From a virus (lineage: Duplodnaviria; Caudoviricetes), in the IMG/VR virus record IMGVR_UViG_3300033565_000003, positions 1 to 55,170 of that record: a DNA stretch of 55,170 nt. One strand, written 5' to 3'. The notes beneath the pieces are model-generated. The model was not told the DNA's origin. It was given only the letters and a program-made list of their open reading frames with translations, and searched no databases. The stretch's first letter is position 1, and every line of letters starts with the position of its first letter. This document shows, piece after piece, positions 28,656 through 39,200 of the stretch. The position numbers and the translations under genes were made by a program.

Positions 28656-30833
28656 ATGGCGAATAGATACAATCCACCTACTAGAATTAATGGTGTTCGT
28701 ACAGCTCCTTTTGGTGCTATTATGGCAGGACTTCAACTTGGCAAAATGGTTGGAGATATGATGCCTGATACAAATGCTGGTAATACACTTAAAGGTGTGT
28801 TTGACCCAATGGCAAATGTTGGTGCAGGTATAGCGTATATGAGTGAAGGCAAAATAGGTAAAGGTCTAGCATCACTTATACCAGGTATTGGAACATACAT
28901 GCAAGGTAAAGATGCTGATGCTCGTGAAGCTGAAATAAAAGCTATTACTGATGCTAGGGCTAAAGCTAGTTATGTAGAAGCAGTCCGATCAGCTAGTATG
29001 AATGATCTTCAAAATTATACTCCTACTAATAATATTAGTATGTACCCTGATGGTGGTGTAATTAGTGATAGTACTGTTAGACCTAATCAGTATAAAGTTA
29101 TTAAAAGTAGAGTTCCGAAACTTGATGAATTTGGTAATCCTACAGGTAGATTTATTACACGTAATGATACTGTATTTTTACAAGATACTGGTACATGGGG
29201 AGAAAATCTTCAAGCTAAAGATATACCGCAACAATTCATAGTTGATTCTAATGGTAAATTAATAGTTAATCCTGTAACTATGAGTACTCCTAAAATGTCT
29301 AATGGTGGTAAGATTAATAGCAAACCTGTTATGGTCTTATCCAATAATGATATTACTAAATTTGGTAGTATGAAAAGTATGAGTGATGCATTAGAAGCAG
29401 GTAGAAAACTTGGTGCAACTGATCATGATCTTATGCGTATTGCTAAAATGAAATATTGGATTGATGGTCAATCAGTTGGGGTTAATATTGATCCTATGAA
29501 TACTAATATGAAGAATCTTATTTATAAAGATCAAACACCTACTATGCCTAATGGTGGCAGATTAAACTCTCCTATCACTCCTATGGGGGGTCGACAAGAT
29601 TTCTCTCCTGTTTCTGGTGACCCTATGACTCAAGGTGCCACAACGATAACTACGCCTGCTGGAAGTACTGCGGGTCGCCATGAAACGGGTCAAAATGTGC
29701 CAGTACTTAATAATAATGGGCAACCTGTTGCAATAGGTGAACCAGGTGAAGTTGTAGTTGATGATCTTATTATATCTAAACGTAATGGTTTAGCACAAAA
29801 ATATATTGCGATTGATAATCAGAAACAAGCATTACTTGCTAAAATGGATAAAGCTAAGACTCCTGAAGCAAGAGCAGGTTTAACTCGTTCTATTACATTC
29901 TATGATAAACAACTAGAAAGTATTAAAGCAGAACAAGAAACACTTGCACAACAACCACAACAACAGCAAATACCAGTTGCTGCTAATGGCATGTATGGTT
30001 TAGGTGATTATCAATTACAGAATCAAAGTAACTTTGGTATGTTTAATCCAAATAAAGGATTAAATGCTACAATTGAAATGCCAACAATGCCATATAGTAC
30101 AGAAGCAATGAATGATAAATATGGTTATCAACCAGAACCATATACTTTAAATACAAATAGTGTAGATACTCCAGTTAAAACAGAAGATATTAATTCTTTT
30201 GATTGGGCAGGTGGTATAGATAAAACTACACAAATTGGTGCGATGATTCTACCATCAGTTATGAATTATAAGAATCAAAAACTAATGGATGAGAGTATGA
30301 AAGAGATTGCATCTCACAGACCTACTCTTAATAAAATGAACTATATAGAACCCGATTACCAAGTGGGTGACCAAGTTGCAGGTATTAACAATAACTTTGC
30401 AACGATGAATGCAATTGCAGGTAAAGTAAGTAATCCTTTAACTGCTGGAAGTATTCTTGCAGGTGCCGGTGCTGATAGAGCGCAACGTCTCAATGAAGTA
30501 TTTGGTGCTAAGAATAGAGCGGATGCTGAAACTCATTATCGTCAAACAATGATGGGTAATCAGATGAATGTTCAAAATACTGCACTTCTTAATCAAGATA
30601 GTGCAATGAAACTAGAAAATCGTCTAAGTCTTAATAACGCACAAATCACGCTTAACAACACTACTGCTGACAATCTTTATACTATGCTTCAAGAGCAGAA
30701 TCTGAAAGAGAAAGATCGTCTTACATTGACTATGGCTGTAAAAGCTCTTAATCAATATGGAGTAATTGATCGTAAACTTGCAGATGAACTTAAAGCTATG
30801 GGAATAGATATTAGTAATATTAAAACTAAATAA
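28656..30833 (+). CDS. cargo/ejection protein 1
   Basis: Gly/Ala-rich hydrophobic N-terminus, repeated M-x-(x)-(N/D)-G-G motifs, HETGQNVP...GEPGEVV...ISKR segment, Gln/Asn-rich helical C-terminus, no Cys seen. First gene after the muzzle. Confidence 0.7.
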   Translation: MANRYNPPTRINGVRTAPFGAIMAGLQLGKMVGDMMPDTNAGNTLKGVFDPMANVGAGIAYMSEGKIGKGLASLIPGIGTYMQGKDADAREAEIKAITDARAKASYVEAVRSASMNDLQNYTPTNNISMYPDGGVISDSTVRPNQYKVIKSRVPKLDEFGNPTGRFITRNDTVFLQDTGTWGENLQAKDIPQQFIVDSNGKLIVNPVTMSTPKMSNGGKINSKPVMVLSNNDITKFGSMKSMSDALEAGRKLGATDHDLMRIAKMKYWIDGQSVGVNIDPMNTNMKNLIYKDQTPTMPNGGRLNSPITPMGGRQDFSPVSGDPMTQGATTITTPAGSTAGRHETGQNVPVLNNNGQPVAIGEPGEVVVDDLIISKRNGLAQKYIAIDNQKQALLAKMDKAKTPEARAGLTRSITFYDKQLESIKAEQETLAQQPQQQQIPVAANGMYGLGDYQLQNQSNFGMFNPNKGLNATIEMPTMPYSTEAMNDKYGYQPEPYTLNTNSVDTPVKTEDINSFDWAGGIDKTTQIGAMILPSVMNYKNQKLMDESMKEIASHRPTLNKMNYIEPDYQVGDQVAGINNNFATMNAIAGKVSNPLTAGSILAGAGADRAQRLNEVFGAKNRADAETHYRQTMMGNQMNVQNTALLNQDSAMKLENRLSLNNAQITLNNTTADNLYTMLQEQNLKEKDRLTLTMAVKALNQYGVIDRKLADELKAMGIDISNIKTK

Positions 30834-30902
30834 AGACTTAGACGAGATAAGACTTTATTTAGAAAACATGGTTGGTTGCTTTATCTAGGTGTGTTTGGTG
30901 AA

Positions 30903-30938
30903 CCCTCTTGATGTAATGTCGAGAGGGCTTTACTATTT
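30903..30938 (+). terminator. intrinsic terminator-like hairpin
   Basis: CCCTCTTGAT-GTAAT-GTCGAGAGGG (30903-30927, 10-bp stem with two G-U pairs) followed by CTTTACTATTT. Confidence 0.65.
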
Positions 30939-30962
30939 AATAACAATTCAAATAATAATAAC

Positions 30963-33296
30963 ATGGGTGCATTTGATGGTATACAATTTGCTAAATATAG
31001 ACCTACATATACAGGTCTACCAGTTGATCAGTTTGTAAAGACTGCTCAAGAGTTTAATACTCGATATGAGAATGCAGTTGAGGGTAAAGATAAGATTGAT
31101 GCTATGTTAGCCAATACTCCTGCTGCTGACATTAATCAACCTATTCTCAAAGATATTGCAAATGGTATTAATACTGATTTGCGTGGTTTTATACAAGAAG
31201 GTAATTGGGAAGACGCACCACTTGCTATTAAACAAACTGCTCAAAAACATATTATTACTAATCCTTTATATAAAGGTGTGGTTAATGATTACACGAATAG
31301 ACAAGACTTTCTTAAAATGCTTGATGAGGGTGTTAAGAAGGGTGTAGCTGGTGGAGGATTTAGTAAAGAATATGCTGATAAAGTTAAAAAGTATGAACTT
31401 GACTTACTAGGTAACGAACAAGTACATGTTGGGTCAGATGGTGCTCTTAAAGGTGTATTTAATCCAATTACACCACCTAAAGAGTTAGATCTTACTAGCG
31501 AAATGGTAAAGATTGGCAAAGAAGTTGTTGAAAGTAGTTATGTTGATTTACTTAAAAAGTATCCTGGAATACAAGGTTATCTTTATCAAGATACACATAC
31601 AGGTAAAGACCCTAAAGCTATTCAAATGGCAGTTCAAAATTATATATTGAATAGTCCTGACGCTAAGTCTTATTTAGACTTTAAAGTTAATCTTGATCAT
31701 CATGATAAATTTTACAATCCTGATACTAAATCATATAATACACCAACACAAGATGATATTATTAAACTAGGGTATAATGTATACAATCCTGTAATGGGAC
31801 CACCTAGAGAAGATGAAGTAGATCTTAGACCAGGTGATATTAGATACTCATTAGGTCCTGTTGCAACTAAAGATAAAAATGGTAATGATACAGATAATGT
31901 TGTAATGGCATATTCTAAACCAATTGGCAATATTAATGAAACTGACTTAAATGCTGTTTGGAGACAAGGTGCATCTGCTAACATGATTGACTTACCTATC
32001 AGAACTGTTGTTAGTATGTTAGGTGGTCAAAAAGTAGATAGAAAGCTTGTAGAAGATAACGTATATATGGAAAATTACAAAGATGGTTTACGTAAGAGAG
32101 CAGCAGCAGAAGAAGATCAAAAAGTAACAACATTTGCTGTAGGTTATAAACTTCCTGCTAAAGGCGTTGTTAATTTGCCAAAATCATATAATGATGTAGC
32201 TAAGATTAAACATGATTTTACTGTTAGTAATCTTGATTTACGTAATGATATTAATAGTACTACACTAACGGAAGATGAGAAACAACTTGTATCTGGCTTT
32301 CTTATTAATAAGAATAAATATTCTACTGAAGAAATATTAGGTTTTCATAAATGGAGTGATCCTGCTGTTGTTGCATTGCTTGGAATGAAAAGAGATGCTA
32401 CACGTTCAGTTTATGATTCAGCAGTAATGATTGAAAATGCAGCAAAAAAGTATGCAAATGTAACAGATGAAGAAGTAGAAAGTATAGTTAAATCATATAG
32501 GAATCAAGCTATTGAAAACATTAATGCTGCTCAACAAGCTGAATATAGTTCAAGTGATTTACCAATTGGAAGTGTTTTTAGTCCTACAAATTCATTATCT
32601 GAAAAAGCTATAGAACGAGAATCTAAATTATTAGCATTTAGAGATAATTCAAAACTTGCAAAATTTAATTCATTTCTTGAAGCACAATCTAATCAAAGTA
32701 ACATTCTTTCGCCTACTAATTTCTTTGGTAGTTCATCTACACAAACTAAAGACGTACAAGCATTAGTTAGTAATGCTGTAGAACAAGGTTTATCATCAGG
32801 CGGTATGCTTACTGTATATGACCCACAAACTGGTACTCAAATTACAGAAAATAAAAGAGATGAAATACTTGGCAATCTTGCGCCATCAAGTATTGATTTT
32901 GATGTAATTCCTGGACATGAGGGTATATCAATCATTGGTAGACCTATTATTGGTAAAGAGAAGAATGGTGTAGATAAACTTGGTGATTATGTTATTATTG
33001 ATGGTGTAATAGGTTTAGAGAATATATTAGCTAGTAATAAAAGTAGTGAACGATTAATCAATTATAAGAACATTACAAATAAAGCTAAGGTTACACCTGG
33101 CATACCTGCTTATCTACCTGGCACTAGAAATGCTAGAGTTACTATGAATTTAGCTAATCCTGATAGGCCAAATGATCCACCATCATATAAAGTTGAAACA
33201 TTCAATGGTAAAGATTGGGTAGCTGATATTCCATTATTTAGTTTAGGTGATGTATATGGTAGTTTTGATTTAATATACAATAACAATGGGAATTGA
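30963..33296 (+). CDS. cargo/ejection protein 2
   Basis: 777 aa, helical N-terminus (YRPTYTGLPVDQF), no Cys seen, between cargo 1 and the giant proteins. Overlaps the next start by 11 nt. Confidence 0.6.
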   Translation: MGAFDGIQFAKYRPTYTGLPVDQFVKTAQEFNTRYENAVEGKDKIDAMLANTPAADINQPILKDIANGINTDLRGFIQEGNWEDAPLAIKQTAQKHIITNPLYKGVVNDYTNRQDFLKMLDEGVKKGVAGGGFSKEYADKVKKYELDLLGNEQVHVGSDGALKGVFNPITPPKELDLTSEMVKIGKEVVESSYVDLLKKYPGIQGYLYQDTHTGKDPKAIQMAVQNYILNSPDAKSYLDFKVNLDHHDKFYNPDTKSYNTPTQDDIIKLGYNVYNPVMGPPREDEVDLRPGDIRYSLGPVATKDKNGNDTDNVVMAYSKPIGNINETDLNAVWRQGASANMIDLPIRTVVSMLGGQKVDRKLVEDNVYMENYKDGLRKRAAAEEDQKVTTFAVGYKLPAKGVVNLPKSYNDVAKIKHDFTVSNLDLRNDINSTTLTEDEKQLVSGFLINKNKYSTEEILGFHKWSDPAVVALLGMKRDATRSVYDSAVMIENAAKKYANVTDEEVESIVKSYRNQAIENINAAQQAEYSSSDLPIGSVFSPTNSLSEKAIERESKLLAFRDNSKLAKFNSFLEAQSNQSNILSPTNFFGSSSTQTKDVQALVSNAVEQGLSSGGMLTVYDPQTGTQITENKRDEILGNLAPSSIDFDVIPGHEGISIIGRPIIGKEKNGVDKLGDYVIIDGVIGLENILASNKSSERLINYKNITNKAKVTPGIPAYLPGTRNARVTMNLANPDRPNDPPSYKVETFNGKDWVADIPLFSLGDVYGSFDLIYNNNGN

Positions 33297-36200
33297 CATA
33301 AATAAGTTAAGAGAAGATGCTAATAAGAAAGCTGCACCTTCGACTAAAGGTATTGATATTAGACAGCTTCGTGCGACTCAATCTGATAGGATTGATCCAT
33401 ATGCACAGGGTTTCAATCCTGGTGTTATGCGTAATTTTGATGTTAACGAATTTAAGTTTCAACCTACATTTGATGGTGATAACTATAGAAAAAGAGCAGA
33501 ATTACAAGGTTTTGGTGAAAGTTTAGCAAAAGGTGCTGGTAATACTGTAGCTAATGCTATACTTGGGTTAGGTCGTGATGTTGGGTATTTAGCTGAGCTT
33601 GGTGGATGGATTGCAGGTAAAGAAACAGATTTTAGTAATGAGTTAATTGAAGGAACTGAACGACTTAGAAATCCATTTGGTGAAGTGTATCGTATTAATC
33701 CTAATAAAGTTTGGGATCCTACTGATAGTGCTTGGTGGATTAACAATGTTGGACAAGTTGCTGAAAGTGTTGGTACGTTTGCACTAGAGGGTTGGGGTTT
33801 AGGTAAACTATTTAGTTTTGCTGGTACGAGTCTTGCAAAAGGTTTAGGTAATAGTAAGACATTACTTGGACTTATTGATGATGTTGCTCAAACAGGTAGA
33901 TATTTTAAGCAAGGACAATCACTTGATGATTTTGGACAATTAGGTGTTAATATGGCACGTACTGATTTTCAAATACAACAAGCAGAAGCTAAAATAGTAT
34001 CTAATTTTATGCAAGGTACACAACGTGGTGCGCATCTTGCTAATTCATTTACACTTGCTTATATTGAGGGTGCTCAAATAGCTAATAATGTATACAAAGA
34101 AGTATATACTAAACAAAGAGAACAAGGTGTAGATGAAAGTACTGCCAAACGTATTGCTGCTGAATCTGCATCTATTACTGCTAAATGGAATACAGCATTA
34201 ATTGGTTTAACTAATCTTGCTGTTTTAGCACCACTTCATTCTAATGGTCAAGGCTTCTTTAAAAAGACTGCTGAGTTTGAACTACGCAAAGGTGAGGCAT
34301 TACCAGCTTACATAACTAGACTTGAAGGTATTCTTGCTGATCCTAAAACTAAACTTAGTATATTTAAACCTAAGAGTTTAAAAAAACTTGTAGCACTTGA
34401 ATCAGGACAAGAATTTATTGAAGAAGCAGGTATTAATAATTTTGCTGAATATAATGGTAATTGGCATGGCAAGAATGTAGAAGCTACATATGATGAAGAA
34501 TCATTCAATACTAATACAGAGCCTAAACCTGATTACATTAAAGGATTAACTAAACGTATTTTTAGTAGTCAAGCATTACTTGAAGGTATGCTTGGAGCAT
34601 TAGGTGGTGCAGGTCAATCACTAATTCTTGGTAGTCTTAAGAATCAAAAAGTATATGACCCTTCTAATCCTGGTAAAGTACTTGAAAAGATTAGTAGAAT
34701 CACACAAGAAAACAGACTTAAAGAAGAGTTTGTTGCTCGTACATTAAAAGAACTTCAAGAAGATGTTAGTTCGATGAATGATCAATTAGCTAAAGTTGAA
34801 GTATTAGCTGATAAAAATGATATTAATTCTAAATGGCAGAGAGAAGAACTTCTTAATAGACTATTCATACCAGTAACGTTGAAAGCTGTTATGGGTGGTA
34901 ATGCTAATCTATTTATTAACAGTTATGAAAATTTAAAGAATATTGATAATACAACTGATTTAGGTATTAAAGCAAAAGAAGAACTTGATCAACTGATTAA
35001 AGACAAACAAGAACTTGAAAGTACAGGTGTTGTCGATACTACTATTGATAATAGAATTGAAGCTGCTCAACAACGACTTGATTTAGTTAAAGGCAAGACT
35101 GAAGCTATGGTCAAAGGTTTTGCTGATAACACTAATGATAATAGGTATAAGGATAAAGCTGATTTAGCTATTGCTGTACTTAAAGAAATGGATGGTTTAA
35201 GTGAAGAACTTGAACGTACATATAGTTTTGAACTTGATGATCAGTTATCTGGCTACGCTAAAGCTATATATCTTGCTAATCTTCGTCGTGTATATTCTGA
35301 TGTAAATCATAAGTTTTATAGTAAGACTAAAGAAATGTATGAGCAACTGATTATAGATGAACTTACAGCATTGAATGTTGATGAGAAAGCACAAAATCAT
35401 ATGCTTAAAACTAATAGACTTAAAATATTAGATAGTTACATTACAGAAGCACAACAAGAATACGATGCGTTTATTAATAAGAACACTAAAGAAGCTAAAG
35501 AACAAAATAAGAAACTTAAATCTGCCAAAGATACATTAGACTTTCTTACTAAAGAATTACTTGAATCTGAAGTTGATGTTATAGTTGCTAAGATTGATCA
35601 AAGCAGACTTAATGAAGTTAATGTTAAAAACCTTGAAGGTATTAATAAAAATCTTACTCAATTAGAAGTTGAGAAGAATGTAGCATTAGAGCGTCTAACT
35701 GATCTTACTAAAGGTGATAGTAGAAAGGAATGGATTGCTAATTGGAAAGTTGAATTAGACCTTCTTAGAGAAGATGCTAAACAACATGAAAAAGCATTGA
35801 TGCTTGGTAAGATAGTTAAAACTAAAGTTGAAGATTTAGATAAACTTGTATTTGATAAGAATGATAAAGATTTAACTGATTTAGTTGAAAGTCGTAAACG
35901 TGATCATGCTAAAGAACAAGCTGATGAATTAAAGAAGAAAGAAGCACAAGCTGTCATTGATAGTGCAAAGAAAGAAGCAGAAGAAGTTATAACTGTTGAG
36001 CCAGAAGTTATAGTTGATCCTGAAACAGCTGTTGTTGTAGAAGCAGAAGAAACTGTTAAAGAAGAAGTTATTGAAAAACCTAAACGTATACGTAAAAAGA
36101 AATCTACAACTCAAACAACCATATCAACTGAACAAGTAGATGCTAATATAGTTGTACCTGGTTTATCTAGTAATCTTAATAATGCATTAAGTTTATTTGA

Positions 36201-39200
36201 TACAATTCCTGATATTGAACCTAATACTGAACAAGTAGTTGAACAGATAGAAGTAATTACACCAACTCAACTTGAACAAGAGATAGCTGAAATTAACGAA
36301 CGTCGTCAACTTATATTAGATTTTGCTAAAAGCAAAGAAGCACAAGAGATAGCTACAGCTGCTGCTAATGCTATTACTGCTTTAGTTGCTATTAGTCAAA
36401 TATCTGCTGATGATATAAATACATTTATTAAAAGTGAAGATGGTGAAAAACTAATTGATACTGCATTAACATTTAATTCAATAACTGGACGTAGACTATT
36501 TACAATAGACCCAGTTAAATTTGATGATAAAGCTAGTATTTATGATGCTATATTAACATATAATGAATATATTAATAACGTTAACATATTATTTATAAAT
36601 AAACAATTTGATGATGAAATAGATAATGCTAAAGTTAATGCTAATCAAAAACCATTGCAATCATTTGATTTAACTGGTATTAGTCCAACTAGTGATGAAT
36701 ATATTAATGCCATACAAGCATTTATGTATTTAATTAATCAAATGTCTACATCTATGTATGATGAACATACTGCATTTACATTACAACAGATATTTGATTA
36801 TATTAATGATGAAGATCCTAGTATGGCAACTCTTAAAAAATATGAACGTAAATTAATGAATGCTGCTAAGATTTTACTTGTTAATCAACACAGAGCAGAT
36901 GAACATTCTTTATATCAACAAGTAATGAATAGATTAGATTTTACACAACAAGAAGAACTTATTCTTACTAATCTACCAAAGAATTTTTATGTTGATACAA
37001 TAATGTCTAATAAAGATTATAATATAGCATTAGGCGTATTTACATCTATTGTTAATAAGTTTGATGCTAATAACTATTTAGAAGTTACTAATTTTATTGA
37101 TAATCAAAAAGAAATACTTAATGATCATCAACGGTTATTACTTGAACATATGCTTTATAATCCTAATTTTGGTAGTAAAGCAATTATTCGTGTTGATAAA
37201 GAATATAAGAGTAGATTTATTCAAAATGGACAAGCAGATAAATATTCTTATGAAGCTACTAAAAATAACTCTAATCTTGTACCTGTTGCTGTATTTGACC
37301 ATGCTACCGGACTAAAGATTGGTCAGATAGTTACTATACCTTATATTGTAATGAACATTATCAATGCAGGTAGTAAAACATGGTTTGATACTAATGATTT
37401 ACATCGTGCTATTGAAAGAAATTATAATGCATTATATCAACTTTATAGAGGTGTTGAATTGAATACTGATGAATGGGATCAATTAATGATTGATTTTAAA
37501 GAAACATATAATGTTAATCGTAAAGATAATCCATTATATGCTGAATTAGATAGAACTAACATTGATGATTATAATAAAATTGTTGATGCCATTACTCATA
37601 TGGCTAAAGTAATGTTTTTTGGTTCTACTTATACAACTGAACATACTAATTTAGATACATATACTAATGCAAAAGAATTTATTGAAAAGAATTTAGCTAA
37701 TCAAAAAGCGCAAGTTATCAGTACTATTGAACATACTAGACGCATTAGACAACAAGTGCTTAGTCAAAGCTTTGTTACAAGTTTACATAATGTGCATGGT
37801 GGTACAGTACTTAAATCTAATATGGTAACAGATGGTGGCTTTCAACTTAAATCTAATCTTTTAGATACTATTGTTGTACTAAAACAAGTGCCTGTTACTG
37901 ATATTAATGGCAATGAAATGCTAGATGAGAAAGGTAATGTGATAACTCGTGGACTCCCCATAGAGGATAGAGCAGAGAGATTAAAGCATATTAAGTTATA
38001 TTTTAAACCATACACATCTACTGATGTTAGTGGTGATATAACAATATCAAATATAGCAGATGATGATGATACCATGGTTATCAATACTAATAAATCTAAA
38101 ATACCTGTTTTGTATGTCAGAGTTCAAGGTAGAAATCATGATATACCAATGCAAGTATTCAGAAGTAAAATTAGTGAACTTGGTAATAGTGAAGAATATA
38201 TTAATGGTATCATACTTGAAATACTTACTCAACTTAGAAATAATGTAAAAGGTTCTGCTCTTACTCCTAATCAAATGGGTGCTACATTAGCATCTATAAT
38301 ACAAGAGGGTGGTACTAAGAAACAATTTATATTTAATACTAAACAAGTAGTAAAGGTTCAAAAAGAAGCTGGTAAATCAGATAGTGTGTCACAAGCTACT
38401 TTTGAAATACTTTATGAAGAAGGTGAAAGTACTAAAATTGTTAGAAGTCTTAAGGTACAAGTTTTTGGTAATGTTGTAACGTTATTTAAAAATGTTGTAG
38501 AAGATAACAAAGATATGACATTAGAATCACTTAATAGAGCATATGATTATAAAAATGGTATAAAACTTGAAAGTAATCCTGATTTATTTCATGCTACATT
38601 AGCTAATGCTATTAGTCAACAAACACGTTCATTTTCTTCAATTCATGCTAAGAAAACAGATTGGGTTGATCCAATTACTAAAAAGACTTATGATACATAT
38701 ACTGAATATTTAATTGCTACAGAAGCAGTAAAGACTGATGTTGCCGCTTATGTTATGAATGGAGTTCCTATTTCTAATATTGGTGGTATTGGTTGGTCAA
38801 ACTTACGTGCGGAAGTTAGAGTTGATGATTTGCAGAATAGAGCAATATCAACTGCTGATAATAATATACGTAAAGGTAGAAAGCAATCTGGTGTAGTTAA
38901 ACCTAAAGTTACTCAACCAAAGAAAATACCTAAACAAGTTAGAGCAAAGAAGTCTACTGCATTAAAAAGTGTTGTTCCTATTGATACAAAAGTATTATAT
39001 ACATTTGAAGAAGCTAAAAGTAAATTAAGTGAGAATGACGTTGCTATGATTGAAGCATTACATCTTCAAGATACAGAATTTATTCTTATCACTGATGATA
39101 ATAGATTTGCAGTTATTGACTACCTAAGTAAGACCCCTTATGGTGGTTCAATTATTAATCTTATCAATACATCAAATGCAATATATCATCCGTCTATTCC

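Noticed and set aside
30830-30900. Minus-strand micro-ORF after CAACCAACC-ATG
   Set aside because: It encodes only MFSK before a stop, with no supporting evidence.
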